Shown here: one piece after another, positions 31,721 through 40,700 of the stretch
Position numbering within the stretch: position 1 is the stretch's first letter
Layout: every line of letters starts with the position of its first letter
Source of the DNA: Bordetella parapertussis
GTDB taxonomy: Bacteria; Pseudomonadota; Gammaproteobacteria; Burkholderiales; SG8-39
Direction of reading: 5' to 3'
DNA: 64,000 nt
NCBI GenBank assembly: GCA_945862265.1
Contig: CAMAXP010000008.1
Coordinates: 543-64,542, forward strand
Position numbers and translations under genes: made by a program
The notes under the pieces: model-generated
Seen by the model: the letters and a program-made list of their open reading frames with translations, nothing else
Told to the model about the DNA's origin: nothing
The model's database searches: none

Positions 31721-32209
31721 GTGCGCCTGAGCAGGGACGGCATCGGCGGGCTCGTCGTATTCGCGGGAAGCCTCGTCCTCATGGTCATGACGCTCGGGCT
31801 GAAGGACAGCCCGCTGGTGCCGATCGGGCCGGGGTTCTACCCGCGCATCGTGCTCGGCATCTGCGCGGTGCTGGGTTTTGCGATGTTCGTGAACGATTTC
31901 CTCGACATGCGCAAGGCGGGCGCCCCTGCGCCCGCTGCGGCCCCCGCGGCATCGCAACTGAACTACACGCTGGTCGGGTTGATGTTCGCGGTGTTCGCCG
32001 CCTTTGCGATAGCGCTGCCGTTCGCAGGGTTTCGCATTTCGACTTTCGCGTATGTCGCCGTGACCAACGCCCTGCTGGCGCCGCCCAAAGGGGGCAGGCA
32101 GTGGGCGCGCGTCGTCATCCTCGCGCTGGCGACGGCGTTCCTCACGCACCTGATCTTCGAGCGCTACCTGTCGGTGCTGTTGCCGCGCGGCCGCTGGACG
32201 GGGTTCTAG
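31721..32209 (+). CDS. tctB: Tripartite tricarboxylate transporter small membrane subunit
   Basis: 162-aa protein with four hydrophobic segments, located between tctC and tctA. GTG start. Confidence 0.75.
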   Translation: MRLSRDGIGGLVVFAGSLVLMVMTLGLKDSPLVPIGPGFYPRIVLGICAVLGFAMFVNDFLDMRKAGAPAPAAAPAASQLNYTLVGLMFAVFAAFAIALPFAGFRISTFAYVAVTNALLAPPKGGRQWARVVILALATAFLTHLIFERYLSVLLPRGRWTGF

Positions 32210-32212
32210 GCC

Positions 32213-33742
32213 ATGTTCGAGCTCCTCGGCGACGGCATCGTCAACATCCTGCAGTGGAAATACCTGATCCCCCTCTTCATCGGGTCGCTGGTCGGCGTGG
32301 TGGGCGGGTCGCTGCCCGGGATCACGATCACCATGACCGTGATCGTGGTGCTGCCTTTCACGTTCGGGCTGGAGCCGTTGCAGGGCCTGGCGGCGATGAT
32401 CGGCGTGTACGTGGGCGGCGAGACCGGCGGGCTCATTACCTCGTGCCTGCTCGGCATCCCGGGTAAACCTTCCGCGGTGGCCACCACCTTCGACGGGTTC
32501 CCGATGGCGAAGAAAGGCGAGCCTGGCCGCGCGCTGTGGCTGGGAATCTGGGCGTCGATCTTCGGCGGGCTGCTCGGGGCGGTGGTGCTGGTCGCGGCGA
32601 CGGGACCGCTGGCGAAGATGGCGCTCGAGTTCGGGCCGTGGGAGTACTTCTCGCTGTTCGTGCTGGCCCTGTCCATGGTGGCGGGCCTGGTGGAGTCCTC
32701 GCTCGTAAAAGGCCTCGTGGCCGGCGCGATCGGCCTCGTGATCACGGTGCTCGGCAACGATCCCGTGATGGGCAAGCCGAGGCTGACCCTCGGGATCGAG
32801 TTCCTCGAGGGCGGCGTGCCCTTCCTGCCGGTGCTGATCGGCGTGTTCGCGTTTGCGCAGATCATGTCGGAGGTGGAGCGCATGGGCGGGGGGCGCAAAG
32901 TCGTCGATGCTGTGGACGCCGGCGTCAGCCTCGCGGTCTCGCACGTCAAGGTCATCGGCGAAATATTTTCGCGCCCCGTGCTGCTGCTGTGGTCGTCTTT
33001 CATCGGCCTCGTGATCGGGGTGCTGCCGGCGATCGGCGGCAGCGCGGCCAACATGCTGGCCTACGACCAGGCGAAGAAGTTTTCGAAGCACCCGGAGAAA
33101 TTCGGCACCGGGATTCCCGAGGGCATCATTTCCTCCGAGGCTTCCAACAACGCCAACGTGGCCGGATCGCTGGTCACCATCATGGCCTTCGGCATCCCCG
33201 GCGATGCGGTGACCGCGGTGATGCTCGGGGCGCTGACCATCCACGGCATCCAGTCGGGGCCCCTGTTCATCCTGCAGAACGCGACGCTCGCCTACGGCAT
33301 GTTCGCCGCGTACATCGTCGCGCACGCGCTGGTGCTGGTGATTCTCTGGGTCGGGGTGCGCTGGATGCTGCGCATCGTGGCCGTGCCCAAGGCGGCGCTC
33401 TTTCCGGTGGTGCTGGTGCTGTGCGTGATCGGCGCCTATGCGCTCAACAACACGGTGGACAACATCTACGTGCTGCTCGTGGCGGGCGTGTTCGGGTACG
33501 GCATGGTGAAGTTCGGCTTCCCGCTCGCGCCCTTCATCCTGGGGGTGATCCTCGGCGACCAGATCGAGATCAACCTGGTGCGCGCGATCATGACCGATGA
33601 CAATCCGTGGCTGTTCCTCACGCGACCGATCTCGGGCGGGCTGCTGCTGGCTTCGGTGCTGTCGGTGGCGATCGCGGTCTGGCAACATCGGCGCCAGCAC
33701 AGGAAGGCCGGCGCGGCGGCGGAGGACGACGTCGATTTCTAG
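32213..33742 (+). CDS. tctA: Tripartite tricarboxylate transporter large permease
   Basis: 509-aa polytopic membrane protein (GSLPGITITMTVIVVLPFTF...). Confidence 0.9.
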   Translation: MFELLGDGIVNILQWKYLIPLFIGSLVGVVGGSLPGITITMTVIVVLPFTFGLEPLQGLAAMIGVYVGGETGGLITSCLLGIPGKPSAVATTFDGFPMAKKGEPGRALWLGIWASIFGGLLGAVVLVAATGPLAKMALEFGPWEYFSLFVLALSMVAGLVESSLVKGLVAGAIGLVITVLGNDPVMGKPRLTLGIEFLEGGVPFLPVLIGVFAFAQIMSEVERMGGGRKVVDAVDAGVSLAVSHVKVIGEIFSRPVLLLWSSFIGLVIGVLPAIGGSAANMLAYDQAKKFSKHPEKFGTGIPEGIISSEASNNANVAGSLVTIMAFGIPGDAVTAVMLGALTIHGIQSGPLFILQNATLAYGMFAAYIVAHALVLVILWVGVRWMLRIVAVPKAALFPVVLVLCVIGAYALNNTVDNIYVLLVAGVFGYGMVKFGFPLAPFILGVILGDQIEINLVRAIMTDDNPWLFLTRPISGGLLLASVLSVAIAVWQHRRQHRKAGAAAEDDVDF

Positions 33743-33770
33743 CCACATTGTCCGCGACCTAGCGGGTTGC

Positions 33771-35054
33771 GTGCTGTTCACGCTTGCCGGCGCCGCGTTT
33801 TCGCAGGGCGGCGGTTCACAAAGCAACCTGTCGCTCGTCGGCGCGCACGACCTCGCCGGCCGCAGCGCCTACCAGCCGGTGATCGAACGGCAGGGCGCGC
33901 GATGGATCGCTTATGTGGGGCATCACGGCGGCTCGGCGGTCAACCGCGTGACCGGTGCCAGCGAGCCCAACGGCACCTCGATCCTCGACGTCACCGACCC
34001 GAAGCAGCCGCGGCTCCTCGCGCATATCCCGGGGCAGGGCGGCGGGGCGCAGATGGTGCGGGCCTGCAGCACGCTGCCCAAAGCGCCGGGACGCACTTTC
34101 ATCCTGCGAACCCTAGGCCACTCGGCGCACGAGGTCTGGGAAACCACGGATCCCGCGAAGCCGGTGCGCACGTCCGTCGTCGTGGACGGCCTTTCGGATA
34201 CGCACAAGAACTGGTGGGAGTGCTCCACCGGCATCGCGTACCTCGTGTCCGGCGCGCCGGGCTGGCGCAGCTCGCGGATGATGCAGGTCTACGATTTGTC
34301 GAATCCGGCGAAGCCCGCATTCATCCGCAATTTCGGCTTGCCGGGCATGCAGCCCGGCGCTAGCGGCCCTGTGCCCACGGGGCTGCACGGCCCGATCGTC
34401 GCGGGCAACCGGGTCTACATGGGCTACGGCGTGAACAGCTACGGCGTAATGCAGATACTCGACCGTGAGAAGCTGCTCAACGGCCCCAAGGACCCCACGG
34501 AAAAGAACCTGCTGTACCCGCAGGTGGGACGCCTGGACCTGCCGCGCACCCTCGGCGCACACACCGCATTCCCGGTCCTCGGCCTAGACGTGGCCGAGTT
34601 CGCAAAAGACGCCGAAGGCGCAAGGCGCGACTTCGTGCTGGTCGTGAACGAGGCCGTCACGCACGGCTGCCGCGAAGCGCGCCAGATGGCGTGGATGGTG
34701 GACGTCAGCGACGAGGCGCGGCCCTTCCCGGTGTCGGGCTATACGGCGGCGGAGGCGAGCGGCGGGTATTGCGGGCGGGGGCGATTCGGCGCGCATTCGT
34801 CCAACGAAAGTTTTGCGCCGGTGTATTACCGCAGGGTGGTGTTCATCGCCTTCTTCAATGCCGGAGTGCGCGCAGTGGACATCCGCGACCCGCTGCGTCC
34901 GGTCGAGGTCGGGCATTTCGTGCCGACCGGCGCGAACACGAACAACGTCGAGGTCGATGAGCGCGGCTACATCTACATGGCCGACCGCGGCAGCCTCGGA
35001 TTGCATATCCTTGAGCCCACCGGAGCGCTGCGCGCCATCGCGAAATTGCCCTGA
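33771..35054 (+). CDS. Secreted beta-propeller (LVIVD-repeat-like) protein; start codon uncertain
   Basis: Frame of ORF 33597..35054. The convincing protein begins after the tctA stop with ...LAGCVLFTLAGAAFSQGGG. The only candidate starts are GTG 33771, ATT 33747, or ATG 33597, which lies 146 nt inside tctA. Confidence 0.55.
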   Translation: MLFTLAGAAFSQGGGSQSNLSLVGAHDLAGRSAYQPVIERQGARWIAYVGHHGGSAVNRVTGASEPNGTSILDVTDPKQPRLLAHIPGQGGGAQMVRACSTLPKAPGRTFILRTLGHSAHEVWETTDPAKPVRTSVVVDGLSDTHKNWWECSTGIAYLVSGAPGWRSSRMMQVYDLSNPAKPAFIRNFGLPGMQPGASGPVPTGLHGPIVAGNRVYMGYGVNSYGVMQILDREKLLNGPKDPTEKNLLYPQVGRLDLPRTLGAHTAFPVLGLDVAEFAKDAEGARRDFVLVVNEAVTHGCREARQMAWMVDVSDEARPFPVSGYTAAEASGGYCGRGRFGAHSSNESFAPVYYRRVVFIAFFNAGVRAVDIRDPLRPVEVGHFVPTGANTNNVEVDERGYIYMADRGSLGLHILEPTGALRAIAKLP

Positions 35055-35154
35055 CCGTTCGCTTTGCGTTTAAAGAAAAACAGGGTCAGAAATCGCCACG
35101 CGCGAAGGTGGGGCGAAGATCGAGCGCGAGGTCGGGTTCGCCCGCTAGCCGCGG

Positions 35155-36591
35155 TTACTTGCGCGCGCGGGGTTCCATGAACCACGCGGCGACGATGGCC
35201 GGCAGGCAGATACCCGCCAGCAGCAGGAACGATTCGTCGAAGGCGGCCACGCGGGCCGCGTCCCCGCCGGTGCCCAGCAGCGTGACCCCATGCACGGCGA
35301 GGCGCCATTCGAGCAGGATGCCGACGAGGCTCACGCCGATCGCACCGCCCAGTTGCCGGAGGAAGTTGCTCACGCTCGCCGCCTGCGGGATTTCGGCGGA
35401 AGTGAGGCCGCGCATCGCCCCGAGGCTTAGTGCCGGCATGATAGTGCCGATGCCGATCCGCCCGATGATGACCCACAGCATGAGGACAAGAATCGATGTG
35501 GTGGTCGAGACGGTGGCCATCAGCACGAGGGATGCAGCCATGCCGGCCACGCCCGCCGCGACGAGGCGCGAGGCGCGCAGCTTGTCCGCGAGGCGCCCGG
35601 CGACGGGCATCGTCATCGCGAGGGCCAGGCCCGCCGGCAGCATGATGAATCCCGCCTTCGAGGGCGAGAAGTCGAGCGCCGCCTGCAGGTAGATCGGCAG
35701 CAGGTAGGTCGAGCCGAACAGGCCCACGCCGTATACGAAGGCCACTATTGCGCCCATCGTGAAAGGCTGGTGCTGGAAGAGGCGCATGTTCAGGAGCGGA
35801 TGCGCCGCGTGCAGCTGGTGGAAGGCAAACCCCGCGAACCCTGCGAGGCCGCCGATCGTCAGCAGCGTGCCGCGCAGCGCGTGCTCTCCCTGCATCTCGA
35901 CCAGGCCGTTCAGCACCGCGAGCGTGGAGATCGTCGCGAGGAAGAGGCCCGTCCAGTCGAAGGGCTTGGGCGGCGCGAGGAAGGTGGACACCATCGGCAG
36001 GTACCGCCGCGCGAGCTCCAGCGCCACGAGGCAGAAGGGAACGACGACGAAGAAGATCGAACGCCAGCCGAACTGCTCCACCAGGACGCCGCCGACGGCC
36101 GGCCCGATGGCCGGCGCAAGCACCACGCCGAAGCCGAAGATGCCGATCGCGCGCCCCTGCCGGTCGGCCGGGAACTCGCGCATGATCACCACGTTGGGGA
36201 TCGGGGTGAGAATCCCCGCCGCAATGCCCTCCAGCACCCGCATGCTGATCATCACAGGGTAGTTGCCCGACAGGCCGCCGATGATGCCGCCCACCATCAG
36301 CAAGAGGGTCGCGCCGATGTAGGTCTTGCGCAGGCCGTAGCGCTGCAGGAGCCAGGGCGTGAGGAGCAGCGCGAGGGTCGTCGAGGCCATGAAGGCCGCG
36401 GAGATCCACTGTGCGCGGTCCTGCCCGATATTGAAATGCCGGCTCATGTCCGGCACGGCCACGTTGACGATGGTCGAGGACATGATCGAGGCCATCATTC
36501 CCACCATGACCGTGAGCAGCACCAGCCACCGGAAGCGGGGCCCGTGGCGCTCTCGAAGCTGCTCTATCGTGGTCGGGGCGGAGGCGTGCAT
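35155..36591 (-). CDS. MFS transporter, DHA2 (EmrB/QacA-like, 14-TM) drug:H+ antiporter
   Basis: 478 aa with motif LLQRYGLRKTYIGATLL and 14 hydrophobic segments. Confidence 0.85.
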   Translation of the reverse strand: MHASAPTTIEQLRERHGPRFRWLVLLTVMVGMMASIMSSTIVNVAVPDMSRHFNIGQDRAQWISAAFMASTTLALLLTPWLLQRYGLRKTYIGATLLLMVGGIIGGLSGNYPVMISMRVLEGIAAGILTPIPNVVIMREFPADRQGRAIGIFGFGVVLAPAIGPAVGGVLVEQFGWRSIFFVVVPFCLVALELARRYLPMVSTFLAPPKPFDWTGLFLATISTLAVLNGLVEMQGEHALRGTLLTIGGLAGFAGFAFHQLHAAHPLLNMRLFQHQPFTMGAIVAFVYGVGLFGSTYLLPIYLQAALDFSPSKAGFIMLPAGLALAMTMPVAGRLADKLRASRLVAAGVAGMAASLVLMATVSTTTSILVLMLWVIIGRIGIGTIMPALSLGAMRGLTSAEIPQAASVSNFLRQLGGAIGVSLVGILLEWRLAVHGVTLLGTGGDAARVAAFDESFLLLAGICLPAIVAAWFMEPRARK

Positions 36592-36686
36592 GCAGGCTCA
36601 AGTATGGGCCCGGCGCCAGGCGATTTGGGGGCGGACCCGCGAACCAAGCGCATAATGTCGCCCTTTCGCGAACTGCCGGCCAGGCG

Positions 36687-37322
36687 ATGACTTACTCGGT
36701 CAAGGAAATCTTCTACACGCTGCAGGGCGAGGGCGCCAATGCCGGGCGGCCGGCGGTGTTCTGCCGCTTTTCCGGATGCAACCTGTGGACCGGCCGCGAG
36801 CAGGACCGCGCCACCGCGGTGTGCCGCTTCTGCGACACCGAATTCGTCGGCACGGACGGCGACGGCGGAGGCAAGTTCGAGACGGCGGAGGCGTTAGCCG
36901 CAGCCGTGGCGGCGCGCTGGCCGGCGGGAGGTCAAGGCACGCCACTGGTGGTCTGCACCGGCGGCGAGCCCCTGCTGCAGCTCGATGCCGCGCTGGTCGA
37001 GGCATTACGTGCGAAAGGATTCTCAATTGCAGTCGAAACCAACGGCACCCTCGAGCCGCCGGCCGGCGACCTGTGGCTGACGGTGAGTCCCAAGGCCGGC
37101 GCGCCTTTCGTATTGAAGCGCGGCAGCGAGCTGAAGCTCGTCTATCCCCAGTCCGGCGCCGATCCCGAAAAATTCGCGGGCCTCGCGTTTGACCACTTCT
37201 TCCTGCAGCCCATGGACAGCCCGGAGCGCGCGAAGAACACCGCGCTGGCGATCGACTACTGCCTCGCCCATCCGCAATGGCGGCTCTCGCTGCAGACCCA
37301 CAAGATCACCGGCATCCGCTGA
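36687..37322 (+). CDS. queE: 7-carboxy-7-deazaguanine synthase (radical SAM)
   Basis: [28 protein letters not shown]... Adjacent to queD. Confidence 0.9.
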   Translation: MTYSVKEIFYTLQGEGANAGRPAVFCRFSGCNLWTGREQDRATAVCRFCDTEFVGTDGDGGGKFETAEALAAAVAARWPAGGQGTPLVVCTGGEPLLQLDAALVEALRAKGFSIAVETNGTLEPPAGDLWLTVSPKAGAPFVLKRGSELKLVYPQSGADPEKFAGLAFDHFFLQPMDSPERAKNTALAIDYCLAHPQWRLSLQTHKITGIR

Positions 37323-37336
37323 AAGCACACCGACCC

Positions 37337-37696
37337 ATGGACATCTTCAAGGCCTTCACCCTCGAATCCGCGCACCGGCTGCCCAACGTGCCCGCCGGCC
37401 ACAAGTGCGCGCGCCTGCACGGGCATTCGTTCCGGGTCGAGATCCACGTCTCGGGCGAGGTCGACGCGCAGGTGGGCTGGGTGCAGGATTTCGCCGACAT
37501 CAAGTCGGCCTTCCAGCCGCTCTTCGAGCAGCTGGACCACAACTACCTCAACGACATCAAGGGCCTCGAGAACCCGACCAGCGAGAACCTTGCGCGCTGG
37601 GTGTGGGAGCGCCTGAAGCCCGTGCTGCCGCTGCTCTCGAAGGTCGTGGTGCACGAAACGTGCACCTGCGGTGCGATCTACACCGGCCCGGGCTGA
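37337..37696 (+). CDS. queD: 6-carboxy-5,6,7,8-tetrahydropterin synthase
   Basis: [26 protein letters not shown]...HNYLND...[13 protein letters not shown]. Confidence 0.9.
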   Translation: MDIFKAFTLESAHRLPNVPAGHKCARLHGHSFRVEIHVSGEVDAQVGWVQDFADIKSAFQPLFEQLDHNYLNDIKGLENPTSENLARWVWERLKPVLPLLSKVVVHETCTCGAIYTGPG

Positions 37697-37717
37697 GCCG
37701 GCGGTGAGCCGGCGGGG

Positions 37718-40700
37718 TCAGTTCCCGCGTTCGGCGAGAAACTCCGCCAGCACCCGCGCCGTGTGGGATTGCGCCGGGGTCGCGGCCAGCGCCTCGGGTG
37801 AGGCCTGCGCCACCACCTTGCCCCCGGCATCGCCGCCTTCGGGGCCGAGGTCGATGATCCAGTCGGCTTCGGCCATGATGTCGAGGTTGTGCTCGATCAC
37901 CACGACGCTGTTGCCTGAATCGACAAGGCGATGCAGCACGTGGATCAGTTTTTCCACGTCGGCCATGTGCAGGCCGACCGTGGGCTCGTCGAGCACGTAG
38001 AGCGTGTGCGCGAGTTCACCCGCGCGGCCCGGGCGGGCGAGGGCGTTGCCGTTGGCGTCGATGCGCACCTTCGAAAGTTCGGTCACCAGCTTGATGCGCT
38101 GGGCCTCACCGCCGGAGAGCGTCGGGCTCTGCTGGCCGAGCGTGAGGTAGCCGAGGCCCACGTCCTGCATCAGGCGCAGCGCATGGTGGATCGAGGTGTG
38201 CGCCGCGAAGAACTCCACGCCCTCGTCGATGTTCATCGCAAGGATGTCGCCGATGGATTTGTCGCGCCACTTGACCGACAGCGTCTCGGCGTTGAAGCGC
38301 TGGCCGTTGCAGACGTCGCAAAGCACGCGCACATCCGGCAGGAACGACATCTCGATGCGTTGCACCCCCTGGCCTTCGCAGGCCTCGCAGCGGCCGCCTT
38401 TGGTGTTGAACGAGAAGCGGCTGGCGGTCCAGCCGCGCATGCGGGACTCGTTCGCCTCGGCAAAGATGCGGCGGATCGAGTCCCAGAAACCCACATAGGT
38501 CGCAGGGCACGAGCGCGGCGTCTTGCCGATCGGGGTCTGGTCGACCTCGAGCACGCGGCCCACGCCCTCGGCCCCCTTGAGGGTCTTGCAGCCCTTGAGC
38601 GGGACGTCGGATTTCGCCCGCCGCTCCGCCACCAGCTTGGCGAGGTTCGTGTGCAGCACGTCGCGCGCGAGCGTGGACTTGCCCGAGCCGGACACGCCCG
38701 TGACGACAGTCAGGCGGCCCAGCGGCACGCGCGCACTGACGTTCCTGAGGTTGTGCAGGGTGGCGCCGCCGATTTCGATCGACGGCGTGGACTTGGCGAC
38801 CGCGCGGCGCGGGTGGATCGGGTGGCGCAGCGGCGACTTGAGGAACCGTCCGGTGAGCGACTCGGGGTTGGCCATCAGGTCGTCAGCTGAGCCTTCGGCA
38901 ATCACGCGGCCGCCGAGGCGTCCGGCGCCGGGGCCGAGATCCAGGACATGGTGTGCGCGGCGGATCGTGTCCTCGTCGTGCTCCACCACCACCAGCGTGT
39001 TGCCCTTGGCCTCGAGCTTCTCCAGCACGTCGAGCAGGATCCTGTTGTCGCGCGGGTGCAGGCCGATGGTCGGTTCGTCGAGGATGTAGCACACGCCGCG
39101 CAGGTTTGAACCCAACTGCGCCGCAAGGCGAATGCGTTGCGCCTCGCCGCCCGAAAGCGTCGGCGCGGAGCGGTCGAGCGACAGGTAGCCGAGGCCGACC
39201 TCTTCGAGGAAGCCGAGGCGCGAGCGCAACTCGGCGAGCAGGTCGCGCGCGATCTCCTCGTCGCGGCCCGCGAGCTTCATGTCCTTCACGATTGCGCGGA
39301 TCTTGCCTACCGACAGCGCGGTGAAGTCGGCAATCGAACGGTCGTGGTAACGCACGGCGAGGGCCTCGGTGTTCAGGCGCTTGCCGTCGCAGGTGGGGCA
39401 GGCTTCCTCCACCTCCAGCCATTCGAGCCAGGAGTCGAGCACGTGGTCTTCGGTGCCGCTCTTCTCGCGCTCGGCGTCCCAGTCGATGCCGGTGAGCTTC
39501 AAGCCGGTGCCGTAGCAGGTGGCGCACCAGCCGTGCTTGGAGTTGAACGAGAAGAGGCGCGGGTCGAGCTCCGCGAAGCTGCGCGCGCACGAAGGGCAGG
39601 CGCGCTTGGTGGAGAAGACCTGCTGGTGCAGTTGCATCTCGACGAGCGGGGCCTTGGACTTGGACGCAGCCTTCACCAGCGCGTCGAGGTCCGACAGCAC
39701 GTGCACTACGCCCTTGCCGAACTCGAGCGCCTTGGCGAGTTCGCGCCTCAGCATCGCTTCGTTCTCGGCTGTGACCCGCAGGTCGGACACTGGCAGTTCC
39801 AGCGTGTGTTCCTTGAAGCGGTCGAGGCGCGGCCAGGCGGCGGTGGACATGAACTCGCCGTCGACGCGCAGGTGCGTGTAGCCCTTGCCGCGCGCCCACT
39901 TGGCGAGGTCGGTGTAGAAGCCTTTGCGGTTCATCACCAGCGGCGCGAGCAGGCCGATGCGCTGGCCCTTGTAGTCGCGCATTAGGCGGGCCACGATCGC
40001 GTCCTCGGTCTGCGGCTCGATCGGCACGTCGCAGTCGGGGCAGTACTGCGTGCCGAGCTTCACGTACATCAGCCGCAGGAAATGGTAGATCTCGGTGAGC
40101 GTGGCCACCGTGGACTTGCGCCCGCCGCGGCTGGTGCGCTGCTCGATCGCCACCGTGGGCGGGATGCCGAAGATCGCGTCCACGTCCGGCCGGGCCGCGG
40201 GCTGCACGAACTGGCGGGCGTAGGCGTTCAGCGATTCGAGATAGCGGCGCTGGCCCTCGGCAAAGATGATGTCGAACGCGAGCGTCGACTTGCCCGAGCC
40301 CGACACGCCGGTGACCACGGTGAACCGGCCGCGCGGGATCTCGACGTCGATGTTCTTGAGGTTGTGTTCACGGGCATTGTGAATGCTGATGTTGTTCGAC
40401 AGCAGCCGGGTCTGCAGCGGCATTTCGCGCAGGATCCCGGAGGTGGCCGGGTTGGTCAGCGCCTCTTCGTAAGCCTTGAGGGCCACGCCCGTGTGCGAGG
40501 CGGGGTTGGTCGCGATGTCGAGCGGCGTGCCGACCGCGACGATCATGCCGCCGGCTTCGCCGCCTTCGGGCCCGAGGTCGATGATCCAGTCGGAAGCCGA
40601 GATGACGTCTAGGTTGTGTTCGATCACCACCAGCGAGTGGCCGGCGCCGAGCAGCTGGCGGAACGCGCGCAGGAGCTTGGCCACGTCGTCGAAATGCAGG

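Noticed and set aside
31679-33826. 715-aa minus-strand ORF across tctB/tctA
   Set aside because: It is Arg/His/Gln/Asp-rich and non-protein-like. The plus-strand frames encode canonical TctB and TctA membrane proteins.
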